Assembly (NCBI GenBank): GCA_038890615.1
Contig: JAWAFI010000001.1
Span: forward strand, 400,843 to 464,842
Direction: 5' to 3'
DNA from: Candidatus Anstonellales archaeon
Lineage (GTDB): Archaea > Micrarchaeota > Micrarchaeia > Anstonellales > J096
Length of the DNA stretch: 64,000 bases
In this document: in pieces, positions 56,775 through 64,000 of the stretch
How the letters are laid out: every line of letters starts with the position of its first letter
Numbering within the stretch: position 1 is the stretch's first letter
The notes under the pieces: model-generated
The model's input: only the letters and a program-made list of their open reading frames with translations
Told to the model about the DNA's origin: nothing
Databases searched by the model: none
Translations under genes and position numbers: made by a program

Positions 56775-57883
56775 TACAACGATCTTGCAACTTCTTCAAA
56801 CCTCTTAAGGAGTATATCCCAGTTGAACTTTTTTTCTACTTTTTTTCTCCCTCTCAGCCCCATTTTTTTAGCTAGGTTTTCACTTCCGGCAAGCTCAAGC
56901 ATAAACTGCGCCATTTTATCAGTGCTTTCCGCAAGGAAGCCATCCTTCCCATGCTCAATCGTTTCAAGAGGTCCTCCCTCAGCTTTTGCTATGCATGGCT
57001 TATATGCGCTAAATCCCTCAAGCGGCACAAGACCAAAATCCTCATTTATAGGGGTAAAGAGCACCGCATAGCAGTGGGCATATAAGTTAAGGAGTTGGCT
57101 TTCGCTCATATCTACAATAACCTCCCCATGTGAACCTAGCATCTCCTTTATCTTTTCGTAGTATTCAACATGCTCCTTCCTCTGCCTATTTAGGGAGCCA
57201 CCTATGACCAACTTCCATCCCTTTTCCTTTTCGCTGAACTTTTTGAATGCCTCAATTGCAAACTCAAAATCCTTCTCTGGAGAAATCCTCGATGGGTAGA
57301 AGAAATACCTCTCATATCCTTTGTTGAAAAATTTTTCATAATTTACCCCAGGATGCAAAACCTCTGCCTCCTTTTTCAGGTATTTTCTTATTCTCTCTTG
57401 GCTATTCCTGCTGTTTGTGAATATATGCTCTATGGAAGGAACTACCCAAGAGTCAAGCGCCTTGTAAACATAGGTCGCAGCAGAGAACATGAGCCTTTGT
57501 GGAAGTGCCCTCCTGCTGTTCCTCCATTCATAGAGATCATATACTTCCCTATTTGGGCTGTGGCAGTACCAAATCACAGGGCTGTTCCTGAAGCGTATGA
57601 ATTCAGAAGGGGAAGTGTGGCAGTTTATTACATCATAACCTTCTAGCTTCAGTGTGCTGAAAACCTTTGCAGCAACAGCTGCATCCCTCAGCCTCTTTGG
57701 AAGAGGAAGGTATGATGCAAGACTTTTGTAAAGAACCACATTCAGTTTCTGGAATTCCTCAAAAGTATCAGCAGGTTCATAGTTTGTTGTGTATATATCA
57801 GCATCAAATCGCTTTGCAATCTCAAGCACCACCCTGCCAACCCCGCCTTTGTCAAGGAAGGGGGTTACTATGGCAACGTGCAT
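56771..57883 (-). CDS. Glycosyltransferase family 4
   Basis: GGVGRV, SRISPEKD, EDFGLVPLE; paralog of 51677 and 52839. Confidence 0.92.
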   Translation of the reverse strand: MHVAIVTPFLDKGGVGRVVLEIAKRFDADIYTTNYEPADTFEEFQKLNVVLYKSLASYLPLPKRLRDAAVAAKVFSTLKLEGYDVINCHTSPSEFIRFRNSPVIWYCHSPNREVYDLYEWRNSRRALPQRLMFSAATYVYKALDSWVVPSIEHIFTNSRNSQERIRKYLKKEAEVLHPGVNYEKFFNKGYERYFFYPSRISPEKDFEFAIEAFKKFSEKEKGWKLVIGGSLNRQRKEHVEYYEKIKEMLGSHGEVIVDMSESQLLNLYAHCYAVLFTPINEDFGLVPLEGFSAYKPCIAKAEGGPLETIEHGKDGFLAESTDKMAQFMLELAGSENLAKKMGLRGRKKVEKKFNWDILLKRFEEVARSLY

Positions 57884-57932
57884 AGTGCTTATTCCATGAA
57901 AGGCTTAAAAAACAATAAGCTTTACTTTATTT

Positions 57933-58637
57933 GTGATAGGCATCATTCTTGCTGGAGGAAAAGGGATGAGGCTGAGGCCTTATACCCAGTATGTGCCAAA
58001 GCCACTTCTCAAAGTTGGAGGTAGAGAAATACTCTATTATGTATTAAGGAATGCAGAGCTTAGCGGTCTTTTTAGCAAGGTGTACATTGCTGCTAGCAGC
58101 AAAGAGCAGATGAGTTTATTTGAAAATTTTGCCAAGCTAAACAGGTTTTCTTTCGAGGCAATCCCTATAATGACTTCTGACAAAGGCACAGGGGATGCTC
58201 TCAGATTCATAGAAAAGCCAAGAGAACCTTTCCTTATAGGGGCAGGAGATCACCTTACAAACATAAACCTAAAGGAAATGTATAAGCAGATGGGGGATTC
58301 AATTGGCATAATAGGTCTGAAGAAAGAAGAAGGAGCAAGTGAATATGGAATTGCAGAAGTTGGTGGGGGGTTCATAAAAGGATTTAAAGATAAGCCTGTA
58401 ACCACCTATTACATAAACACAGCGATATACTTCTTTTCCCCTAAATTATATCATTATATAAAAGAGGGCGATGATCTCTCAGGAGATACTGTGCCAAGGA
58501 TGTTGAAAGCAGGAGAGAAAATAAAGCATTATATCATGAACGAGGATGAGTATTGGATGGACATAGGGAGGGTAAAGGATTATGAGAAAGTCAAAGAATT
58601 TGGGGAACTCTTTGCATTCTTCAAAAAATTCATCTAA
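57933..58637 (+). CDS. Sugar-1-phosphate nucleotidyltransferase (mannose-1-P guanylyltransferase-like)
   Basis: ILAGGKGMRLRPYT..PKPLL, GTG, YGI, YWMDIG. Confidence 0.88.
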   Translation: MIGIILAGGKGMRLRPYTQYVPKPLLKVGGREILYYVLRNAELSGLFSKVYIAASSKEQMSLFENFAKLNRFSFEAIPIMTSDKGTGDALRFIEKPREPFLIGAGDHLTNINLKEMYKQMGDSIGIIGLKKEEGASEYGIAEVGGGFIKGFKDKPVTTYYINTAIYFFSPKLYHYIKEGDDLSGDTVPRMLKAGEKIKHYIMNEDEYWMDIGRVKDYEKVKEFGELFAFFKKFI

Positions 58638-59559
58638 AATACTCCTGAGTATATGTGTTCCTGTGAAAAATGACTTAGCTGTGGCAAGGGAATTTGTAAA
58701 GCAGATGGCTGAACAAACAGAAGAGCCAGACGAGGTTATATTTGTAGATGGCCATTCAACAGATGGCACCTATGAGTATTTGGTCGAGGCATCAAAAAAA
58801 TACAAATGGCTTAGGGTAGAAAGGCAAGAAACGGAATTTATCACTCCAGCTGCAGCAAGAAACCAGGCAGTACGCCACTGCAGGGGGGAATTCGTTTATA
58901 TACTTGATGCTGACATAAAGTTAGAAAATGATTTCATTAGAAAAATGAAGAAGGAGCTTTCTAAAAGTAAGCCCCATATATTTTTCTTTAATGTTAAGAG
59001 CTATCCTTCAATAGAGTACAAAAGTATTTGGCATAAACTTTTCTACTGGAAGGATAATGCAGTGGGAATACTAAAAGGAGGACCGCTTGTAATATACAGA
59101 AAGGATGCCTTTATATTCCAGCAAGATAAATACTTCTACGGTGAAGATCGTGTATGCCACAATCAGCTTATGGAAATGGTAAAAGAAAGAATAGTAGAGC
59201 ATTCAAAAAAAACATACTGGGTTTCATCAAAAAGCGTGGAAAGCTTCAAGGAAGCCTTTAATCGCTATTTTAAGTATGGTTTCACTTCCCCTGAATTTGT
59301 ATTTGGACTTAGCAAACCTATAGAGAAGCTAAAAGCAATTGGAGGATGGCTCTCAATACCATTTTTCCCCATTTTGATTGTAGGTTTTGCAAAAGGCCTT
59401 TACCAGACAATAGTATGGCGTAGCTTTGGCTGGGAGGTAATATTTTATCCCTTAATTGAGCCGATGATAATGGTTATTTTTTCTTTAGGTTTTTGGTCAA
59501 GGGTTGCCCATGAATTCTTAAGGTTTTTTGGGCTTAGGAAAGCATGGAACAAGAGCTAA
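58582..59559 (+). CDS. Glycosyltransferase family 2 with C-terminal TM segments (start uncertain)
   Basis: LSICVPVKN, VDGHSTDGT, AARN, LDAD, GED. Confidence 0.85.
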   Translation: MRKSKNLGNSLHSSKNSSKILLSICVPVKNDLAVAREFVKQMAEQTEEPDEVIFVDGHSTDGTYEYLVEASKKYKWLRVERQETEFITPAAARNQAVRHCRGEFVYILDADIKLENDFIRKMKKELSKSKPHIFFFNVKSYPSIEYKSIWHKLFYWKDNAVGILKGGPLVIYRKDAFIFQQDKYFYGEDRVCHNQLMEMVKERIVEHSKKTYWVSSKSVESFKEAFNRYFKYGFTSPEFVFGLSKPIEKLKAIGGWLSIPFFPILIVGFAKGLYQTIVWRSFGWEVIFYPLIEPMIMVIFSLGFWSRVAHEFLRFFGLRKAWNKS

Positions 59560-59632
59560 CGCCTCGACCGGGATTCGAACCCGGGTCGCAGGCTCGACAG
59601 GCCTGAATGCTAGACCACTACACCATCGAGGC
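59560..59632 (-). tRNA. tRNA-Asp(GTC)
   Basis: GCCTCGA...TCGAGGC-G acceptor; anticodon arm CAGGC-CTGTCGA-GCCTG; T loop TTCGAAT. Confidence 0.97.
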
Positions 59633-59677
59633 ATTTTAGAACGCTTCTCTAACTATTTTTTTAAACCTATCTATTGT

Positions 59678-62530
59678 ATGCTAAGCATGATATTATTAGA
59701 TGTGCCTTTGTGGATATTATGCTCCATAGTAATTTTTGGAATACCAGGGTTCTTAGCAAGCTTTGCTGTAAAGGACTTAGATATTTTGGAAAGGGTTGCT
59801 GCATCTTTCGGATTTGGATTAGTCATAACAGCAGGTGTGGCGCTCCTTATTTCATTCATAATGCCTTATTCGTTCACTTCTGCGCTAATTATGCTTGCAA
59901 TAAGCTACATAATTGGTTTGGTAATAGTATTTAAATTCAAAGAGAATTTATCGCTCAAGTGGTCTTATGCTAGTATAGCAGTGCTTATACTTTTTATAGC
60001 AAACTTTGCAATGAGGGCTGGCTCGTATTCAGCAATATTTGCTGAGCTAGACCCTTATTTTTACCTCTACAGCTCAACCCTTTTGCTTAAGCACGGAGAG
60101 ATGCCTCTGAATGATTTCAGTGCTTGGCAGCCCCATTACACTACAACTAGAAGGGGATTTGAGTTCTACACATACCCTAATACATTGCTTTATTCATTAT
60201 ATACACTAGGAGGAGAATACAATACTTACCTTCTTTCGCTAATAGCATCACTTACCCCTCCTCTTTATGCAGCGCTTTCTGCATTTTTTATTTACTACAT
60301 GCTTTCAAGGCTTTTGAAGGATAGTTGGATAGCCCTTGGTTCTACAATAGTGCTAAGCTTCACTCCTATATTTGTGATGAAGCTGCTTGCAGGTGAGTTT
60401 GAGGTTCAGCCTTATGCTTTCTTCTCGCTAGCAGCATTCCTTGCCTTTTATACAAAGGCTATGTTTGAGAAAGACAGGACAGCATCTTACATTACAGCTA
60501 TTTTCCTTGCAGCAGTATTCCTAGGAACAAACTCTGACATAATTGTTTTTGCTTTTTCAACAGCAATAATGCTTTCTTTGGTTGCGTACAATACTTACTA
60601 TGAAAAAAAGGCTCTTGACTATGTAAAGTTATCGCTCCCTTCTTTTGCAATGCTTTTCCTTTGCAACATTTATACAAGCATTGCAGTTTTGCCAGGCTCA
60701 TTTCCAGAATATGTTGTAGGTGGGTTTTTTGCTTTATGTGTTGCGGCTATATTGCTTTTGCTCAACAAAGAGATAAATGTATCTTTGGGCGAGCTTAATA
60801 ATTATATAGATGAATTTAGAAAATCAAAGACGCATTCTTTAGCCGCACTAGCGCTCATACTCTTCTACATTGTTATGTTCACACCTATTGGAGAATTTTT
60901 CCTAAAACCATTTTTGAGCGGATTCTTTGCAGCCTCATTTAGGATACCTCTTGACAAAACAATACAGGAGCAAGGAGTTGCAGGGGCTTCCTTTGAAGGC
61001 CAGCTTGGCTTCCTAGGGGCATCAGAAAAAGAGTCACCCTTCCTTATAGTGCTTTCTCCTTTTTCAATGATTTTCAACACAGTGTTTTCGTTCCTATTCC
61101 AGCTTATAAACAACGCATATCATTTACAAGCCATATACATTCCAAAGACCTCCCATCTGCTTTTAGCAATACATGTGCTATTCGTGGCTTTTGCAGTATA
61201 CAAGATCATAAAAAAATCAGAGCCAGAGCTAGCTCTTGCTTTTCTTATAATAATTGAGCCTATTTCTTTAGTAGGCATTGTTAAGGCAAAATACACAATC
61301 TACCTAGGTTTCTTCACTTGCATAGCGCTTGCCTATGTTATTAGGGAATTCATTGAAATGCTCAAGAGCTCAAGATATGAGTTGGTGCCATACGCATTCA
61401 TGCTGCTTTTGGCAGCAGCTCAGGTCTTTTCTGTGTCCCCAATAGGGTTTGCTCTCCTTTACGATTCACCAAGCCCAAAGTTTTCTGACAATCCTTCGCT
61501 TTTCAAGGCAAGGTTTGCTGAGTATTGCGCAACTTATGGGGACCAAACGCTTTGCGAGATAGCAGAGGACCCAGTTGCATTTGCAAACAAAGGGCCTACC
61601 TACCACTACAATGCAGACATTTGCAAGCTTTCCCTCCTTGACCCAAAGGAAAATTCAACAGGATACTTTTCTGAGTTAAAAAGAATATCAGCAAGCCTAA
61701 GGTGCTCTGCGCTTGGCTATTATTGGGTTGACTCAATGGAGTGGCTAAAGAACAACACAGAGGAGAATGCAACAATAATTTCTTGGTGGGACTACGGCCA
61801 TTGGGAGAATTACTTTGCTGAAAGGAGGGCAGTTATAAGGAATGACCAAGCCCATCCAGAAATGATTTATGAGGTAGCTTATTACTTCATACATACCCCT
61901 GAAAGCGAGCTCATAGAGTACATGAAGGAGCACCAGTCCAGGTACCTTCTATTGGACCAGGAAATAATTATAGGCGGGAGGTCATTTGGAGGCAAGTACG
62001 GGGCCTTAAATTATTTAGGTTGCGCGCATACAAACGGCACAAATGTCTCATTTGACCCAGGCCAATCAGATTGCGAAAGGGAGCATACATGGGAAGTGGT
62101 CTATATCCCAAAATCAAACCAGCAGTCATGCGATGTTTCTGCAGAGCTAAAAGGAGTTGTAGCGTATACTGTAGCAAAAGGGGCAATGGCCCCAACCTAT
62201 TGCCTTTCAACAACAACCTTGATAACAGGCCAGAAGATAAATGCGCTTTACTATTTGGGCAAGTATGCTTCTGACGGCTCCCTAAAAATACACAAAGGGT
62301 TCCTTGCTCCTTATGCAGAGGACTCAAGCATGGTGGCGTATGCAACTTACTTCACCAAAGACCTTGTATGGTACGATGATGGGGAGATTAAAAGCGGATG
62401 GGAGGACAGGAAGGGCAAATTCTATGACTCAGTGATATACAAGGGCTTCGTGCTAGAAGAGCTGGATGGTTTTGAGCAGGTTTACAAAACCCCAGGAGGG
62501 GAAGTGAAGATATACAGGATAAAAGGATAA
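59678..62530 (+). CDS. aglB: Oligosaccharyltransferase AglB (STT3 family)
   Basis: ELDPY, TIQE (TIXE), SWWDYGHW, many TMs; start moved to ATG 59678 because the track's start overlaps tRNA-Asp. Confidence 0.93.
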   Translation: MLSMILLDVPLWILCSIVIFGIPGFLASFAVKDLDILERVAASFGFGLVITAGVALLISFIMPYSFTSALIMLAISYIIGLVIVFKFKENLSLKWSYASIAVLILFIANFAMRAGSYSAIFAELDPYFYLYSSTLLLKHGEMPLNDFSAWQPHYTTTRRGFEFYTYPNTLLYSLYTLGGEYNTYLLSLIASLTPPLYAALSAFFIYYMLSRLLKDSWIALGSTIVLSFTPIFVMKLLAGEFEVQPYAFFSLAAFLAFYTKAMFEKDRTASYITAIFLAAVFLGTNSDIIVFAFSTAIMLSLVAYNTYYEKKALDYVKLSLPSFAMLFLCNIYTSIAVLPGSFPEYVVGGFFALCVAAILLLLNKEINVSLGELNNYIDEFRKSKTHSLAALALILFYIVMFTPIGEFFLKPFLSGFFAASFRIPLDKTIQEQGVAGASFEGQLGFLGASEKESPFLIVLSPFSMIFNTVFSFLFQLINNAYHLQAIYIPKTSHLLLAIHVLFVAFAVYKIIKKSEPELALAFLIIIEPISLVGIVKAKYTIYLGFFTCIALAYVIREFIEMLKSSRYELVPYAFMLLLAAAQVFSVSPIGFALLYDSPSPKFSDNPSLFKARFAEYCATYGDQTLCEIAEDPVAFANKGPTYHYNADICKLSLLDPKENSTGYFSELKRISASLRCSALGYYWVDSMEWLKNNTEENATIISWWDYGHWENYFAERRAVIRNDQAHPEMIYEVAYYFIHTPESELIEYMKEHQSRYLLLDQEIIIGGRSFGGKYGALNYLGCAHTNGTNVSFDPGQSDCEREHTWEVVYIPKSNQQSCDVSAELKGVVAYTVAKGAMAPTYCLSTTTLITGQKINALYYLGKYASDGSLKIHKGFLAPYAEDSSMVAYATYFTKDLVWYDDGEIKSGWEDRKGKFYDSVIYKGFVLEELDGFEQVYKTPGGEVKIYRIKG

Positions 62531-62569
62531 ACTTTTAAACAAAGCAGGCAGAGAATGCTACGTGATGCT

Positions 62570-62725
62570 ATGGGATTAATAGATTGGCTCAAGGAGATTA
62601 TATTTGGCAAAAAAGAGGAAAAAAGCATAAAGCCTGATACAGAAGAAAGGGATGCTTATGCCCCAATGGCCCATGAGGCCGAGGAGCCAAAGAAGAGGCC
62701 CATAAAGAAAAAGAAGAAGAAATGA
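62570..62725 (+). CDS. Small protein (51 aa) with N-terminal amphipathic helix and poly-Lys tail
   Basis: Not in ORF track: MGLIDWLKEIIFGKKEEKSIKPDTEERDAYAPMAHEAEEPKKRPIKKKKKK; TTTTAAA box upstream. Confidence 0.6.
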   Translation: MGLIDWLKEIIFGKKEEKSIKPDTEERDAYAPMAHEAEEPKKRPIKKKKKK

Positions 62726-62967
62726 AGCGCGCGGTTGGAGGCCACGCCGAAAGGTGAGGAAGGTCTGCTCAGCCCAAGCAACCTGCCCTGTAATGGGGCT
62801 GGGATGGAACAGAAACGCACCCTTATGCGCAAGATGAAAATGATTGGATATGAGATGCGCACTAGGAGATGAAACGGTCATCCCTGTTGTGATGGGGCTG
62901 CAAGGCTTACAGCCGCTCAGTCGAATGCCTCCTGAAATACAGAAAGCAGCCTAACCTGCGCGCTTCA
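62723..62967 (+). ncRNA. rnpB: RNase P RNA
   Basis: P1 TGAAGCGCGC/GCGCGCTTCA; CR-I GAGGAAGGTCTGC pairs with CR-V ACAGAAAGCAGCCTA (P4); CR-II ACAGAAAC; CR-III TGAAAC; CR-IV AGTCGAATG. Confidence 0.9.
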
Positions 62968-62969
62968 CT

Positions 62970-64000
62970 TCATTTCAAAGTTTGCAGTATTATTTTCTGA
63001 AGCTCCATTGGGAACCATACCTCAAGCCCTGAAACTGCAAAGTCAAGCTTATCCTCGCTTTCTGCATATATTGTGAAAAGAACATCCCCTTCCTCAACCT
63101 TCTCCCCAACACTTCTGTGCAAGTATATTCCAGCGCCTTTGTCGAAGGGGGCTCCAGCAGCCCTAGCTAGCTTGTTTACGCGCTTGTTGTCTATGTGGCT
63201 TATCTTCCCTGCCTTCTTTGACTTAACTTGATAACTATATCTTCCGATCTTTATATCCTCTGCTTTTATATTGGGGTTCCCTCCTTGCAGCTTTATTATT
63301 TCCCTCATTTTCTCCATTGCCTTTCCTGTCTCCAGCAATTTGAGGGCGTAGCTATAGCCTTTTCCCTCTTCAACCTTTCCAACCATCTCAATTATCTTCC
63401 CTGCCAAGAGGCAACTCTTTGTCTTGAGGTCTTCAGGCCCCCTTCCTTCAAGCACCTCAAGCACATCTATGCACTCAAGCGCAGGCCCTATGCCATTGCC
63501 TACTGGCTGAGAGCCATCTGTTATCACTGCCTCAACCTTCATGCCAAGGCGCTTTCCTATTGATATGAAGTCATTTGCAAGTCGATGCGCCTCTTCAACG
63601 CTGTCTATTTTTGCGCCCCTTCCTACCGGCAAGTCAATAACAACATACTTCGCCCCAACGCTCTTTTTCTTTGCCATTATGCTTGCAAGAAGCATTCCTT
63701 TGGGGTCAAGCGAAAGCGGGTTCCTTATCTTTATTAGCTTGTCATCAGCAGAGGCTATATTTATACCTCCTCCCCATACTATGGCTCCCTTTGAGCTAAG
63801 CACTATCTCCTCTAGCTTTTCTCTGTTGAAGTCAACGTTTGCTAGCACCTCCATGGTGTCTGCAGTTCCTGCTGCTGATGTTATTGAGCGTGAAGAGCTC
63901 TTTGGTATGTATATGCCTGCTGCAGCAACTATAGGCACTAGCACCATAGTAGTCCTGTTCCCTGCCACTCCTCCAATGCAGTGCTTGTCTGCTATTGGCT
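62970..64000 (-). CDS. deoA: AMP phosphorylase (thymidine phosphorylase family), 5'-partial
   Basis: DKHCIGGVAGNRTT, PKSSSRSITSAAGTADTMEVL, GIGPALE, AGAPFDKGAG; frame open to the window end. Confidence 0.93.
   Translation of the reverse strand, partial: PIADKHCIGGVAGNRTTMVLVPIVAAAGIYIPKSSSRSITSAAGTADTMEVLANVDFNREKLEEIVLSSKGAIVWGGGINIASADDKLIKIRNPLSLDPKGMLLASIMAKKKSVGAKYVVIDLPVGRGAKIDSVEEAHRLANDFISIGKRLGMKVEAVITDGSQPVGNGIGPALECIDVLEVLEGRGPEDLKTKSCLLAGKIIEMVGKVEEGKGYSYALKLLETGKAMEKMREIIKLQGGNPNIKAEDIKIGRYSYQVKSKKAGKISHIDNKRVNKLARAAGAPFDKGAGIYLHRSVGEKVEEGDVLFTIYAESEDKLDFAVSGLEVWFPMELQKIILQTLK

Noticed and set aside
59528..59677. N-terminal extension of AglB shown in the ORF track
   Set aside because: It overlaps tRNA-Asp on the opposite strand; ATG 59678 follows a TATA-like box and is more plausible.
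62576..62881. Minus-strand ORFs of 101 aa and 68 aa
   Set aside because: They are antisense to the RNase P RNA and the small Lys-rich ORF, with no protein-like features.
1772..63563. Numerous Ser/Phe/Leu-rich antisense and alternate-frame ORFs in the track
   Set aside because: They are shadows of Lys/Glu-rich genes on the opposite strand or frame.
1..64000. CRISPR array, rRNA, IS/transposase or prophage
   Set aside because: No regularly spaced repeats, rRNA-like stretches or mobile-element proteins were seen by inspection.

Overview
Gene-dense archaeal chromosome segment. The information-processing genes are archaeal (PCNA, Orc1/Cdc6, Rpo7-Spt4, aIF5A, aIF2-beta, aIF1A, aRF1, proteasome beta, aCPSF1, uL1-uL10-P1, AglB). 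The tiny intergenic spaces, minimal metabolism, AMP phosphorylase and many Cys-rich surface orphans suggest a DPANN lineage, probably Micrarchaeota-like (inference, not tested). Features found outside the ORF track: three tRNAs (Ile-GAT, Ala-TGC, Asp-GTC), a compact RNase P RNA, rps27ae, a partial Hsp20, a 51-aa ORF and a probable uL1 autoregulatory leader. Accessory content includes: an ion-transport island carrying three tandem Cys-rich secreted paralogs that share a Cys-Cys/TM/basic C-terminal sorting-like tail; an apparently intact GGDEF diguanylate cyclase (unusual in Archaea); a PvcA/CDPS-like orphan enzyme; a four-gene surface-protein operon with an internally repeated 4-Cys domain; and an N-glycosylation locus next to aglB. 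Three accessory genes are interrupted: one by an in-frame TAG and two by frameshifts at A-runs. No CRISPR array, rRNA, transposase or integrase was seen.
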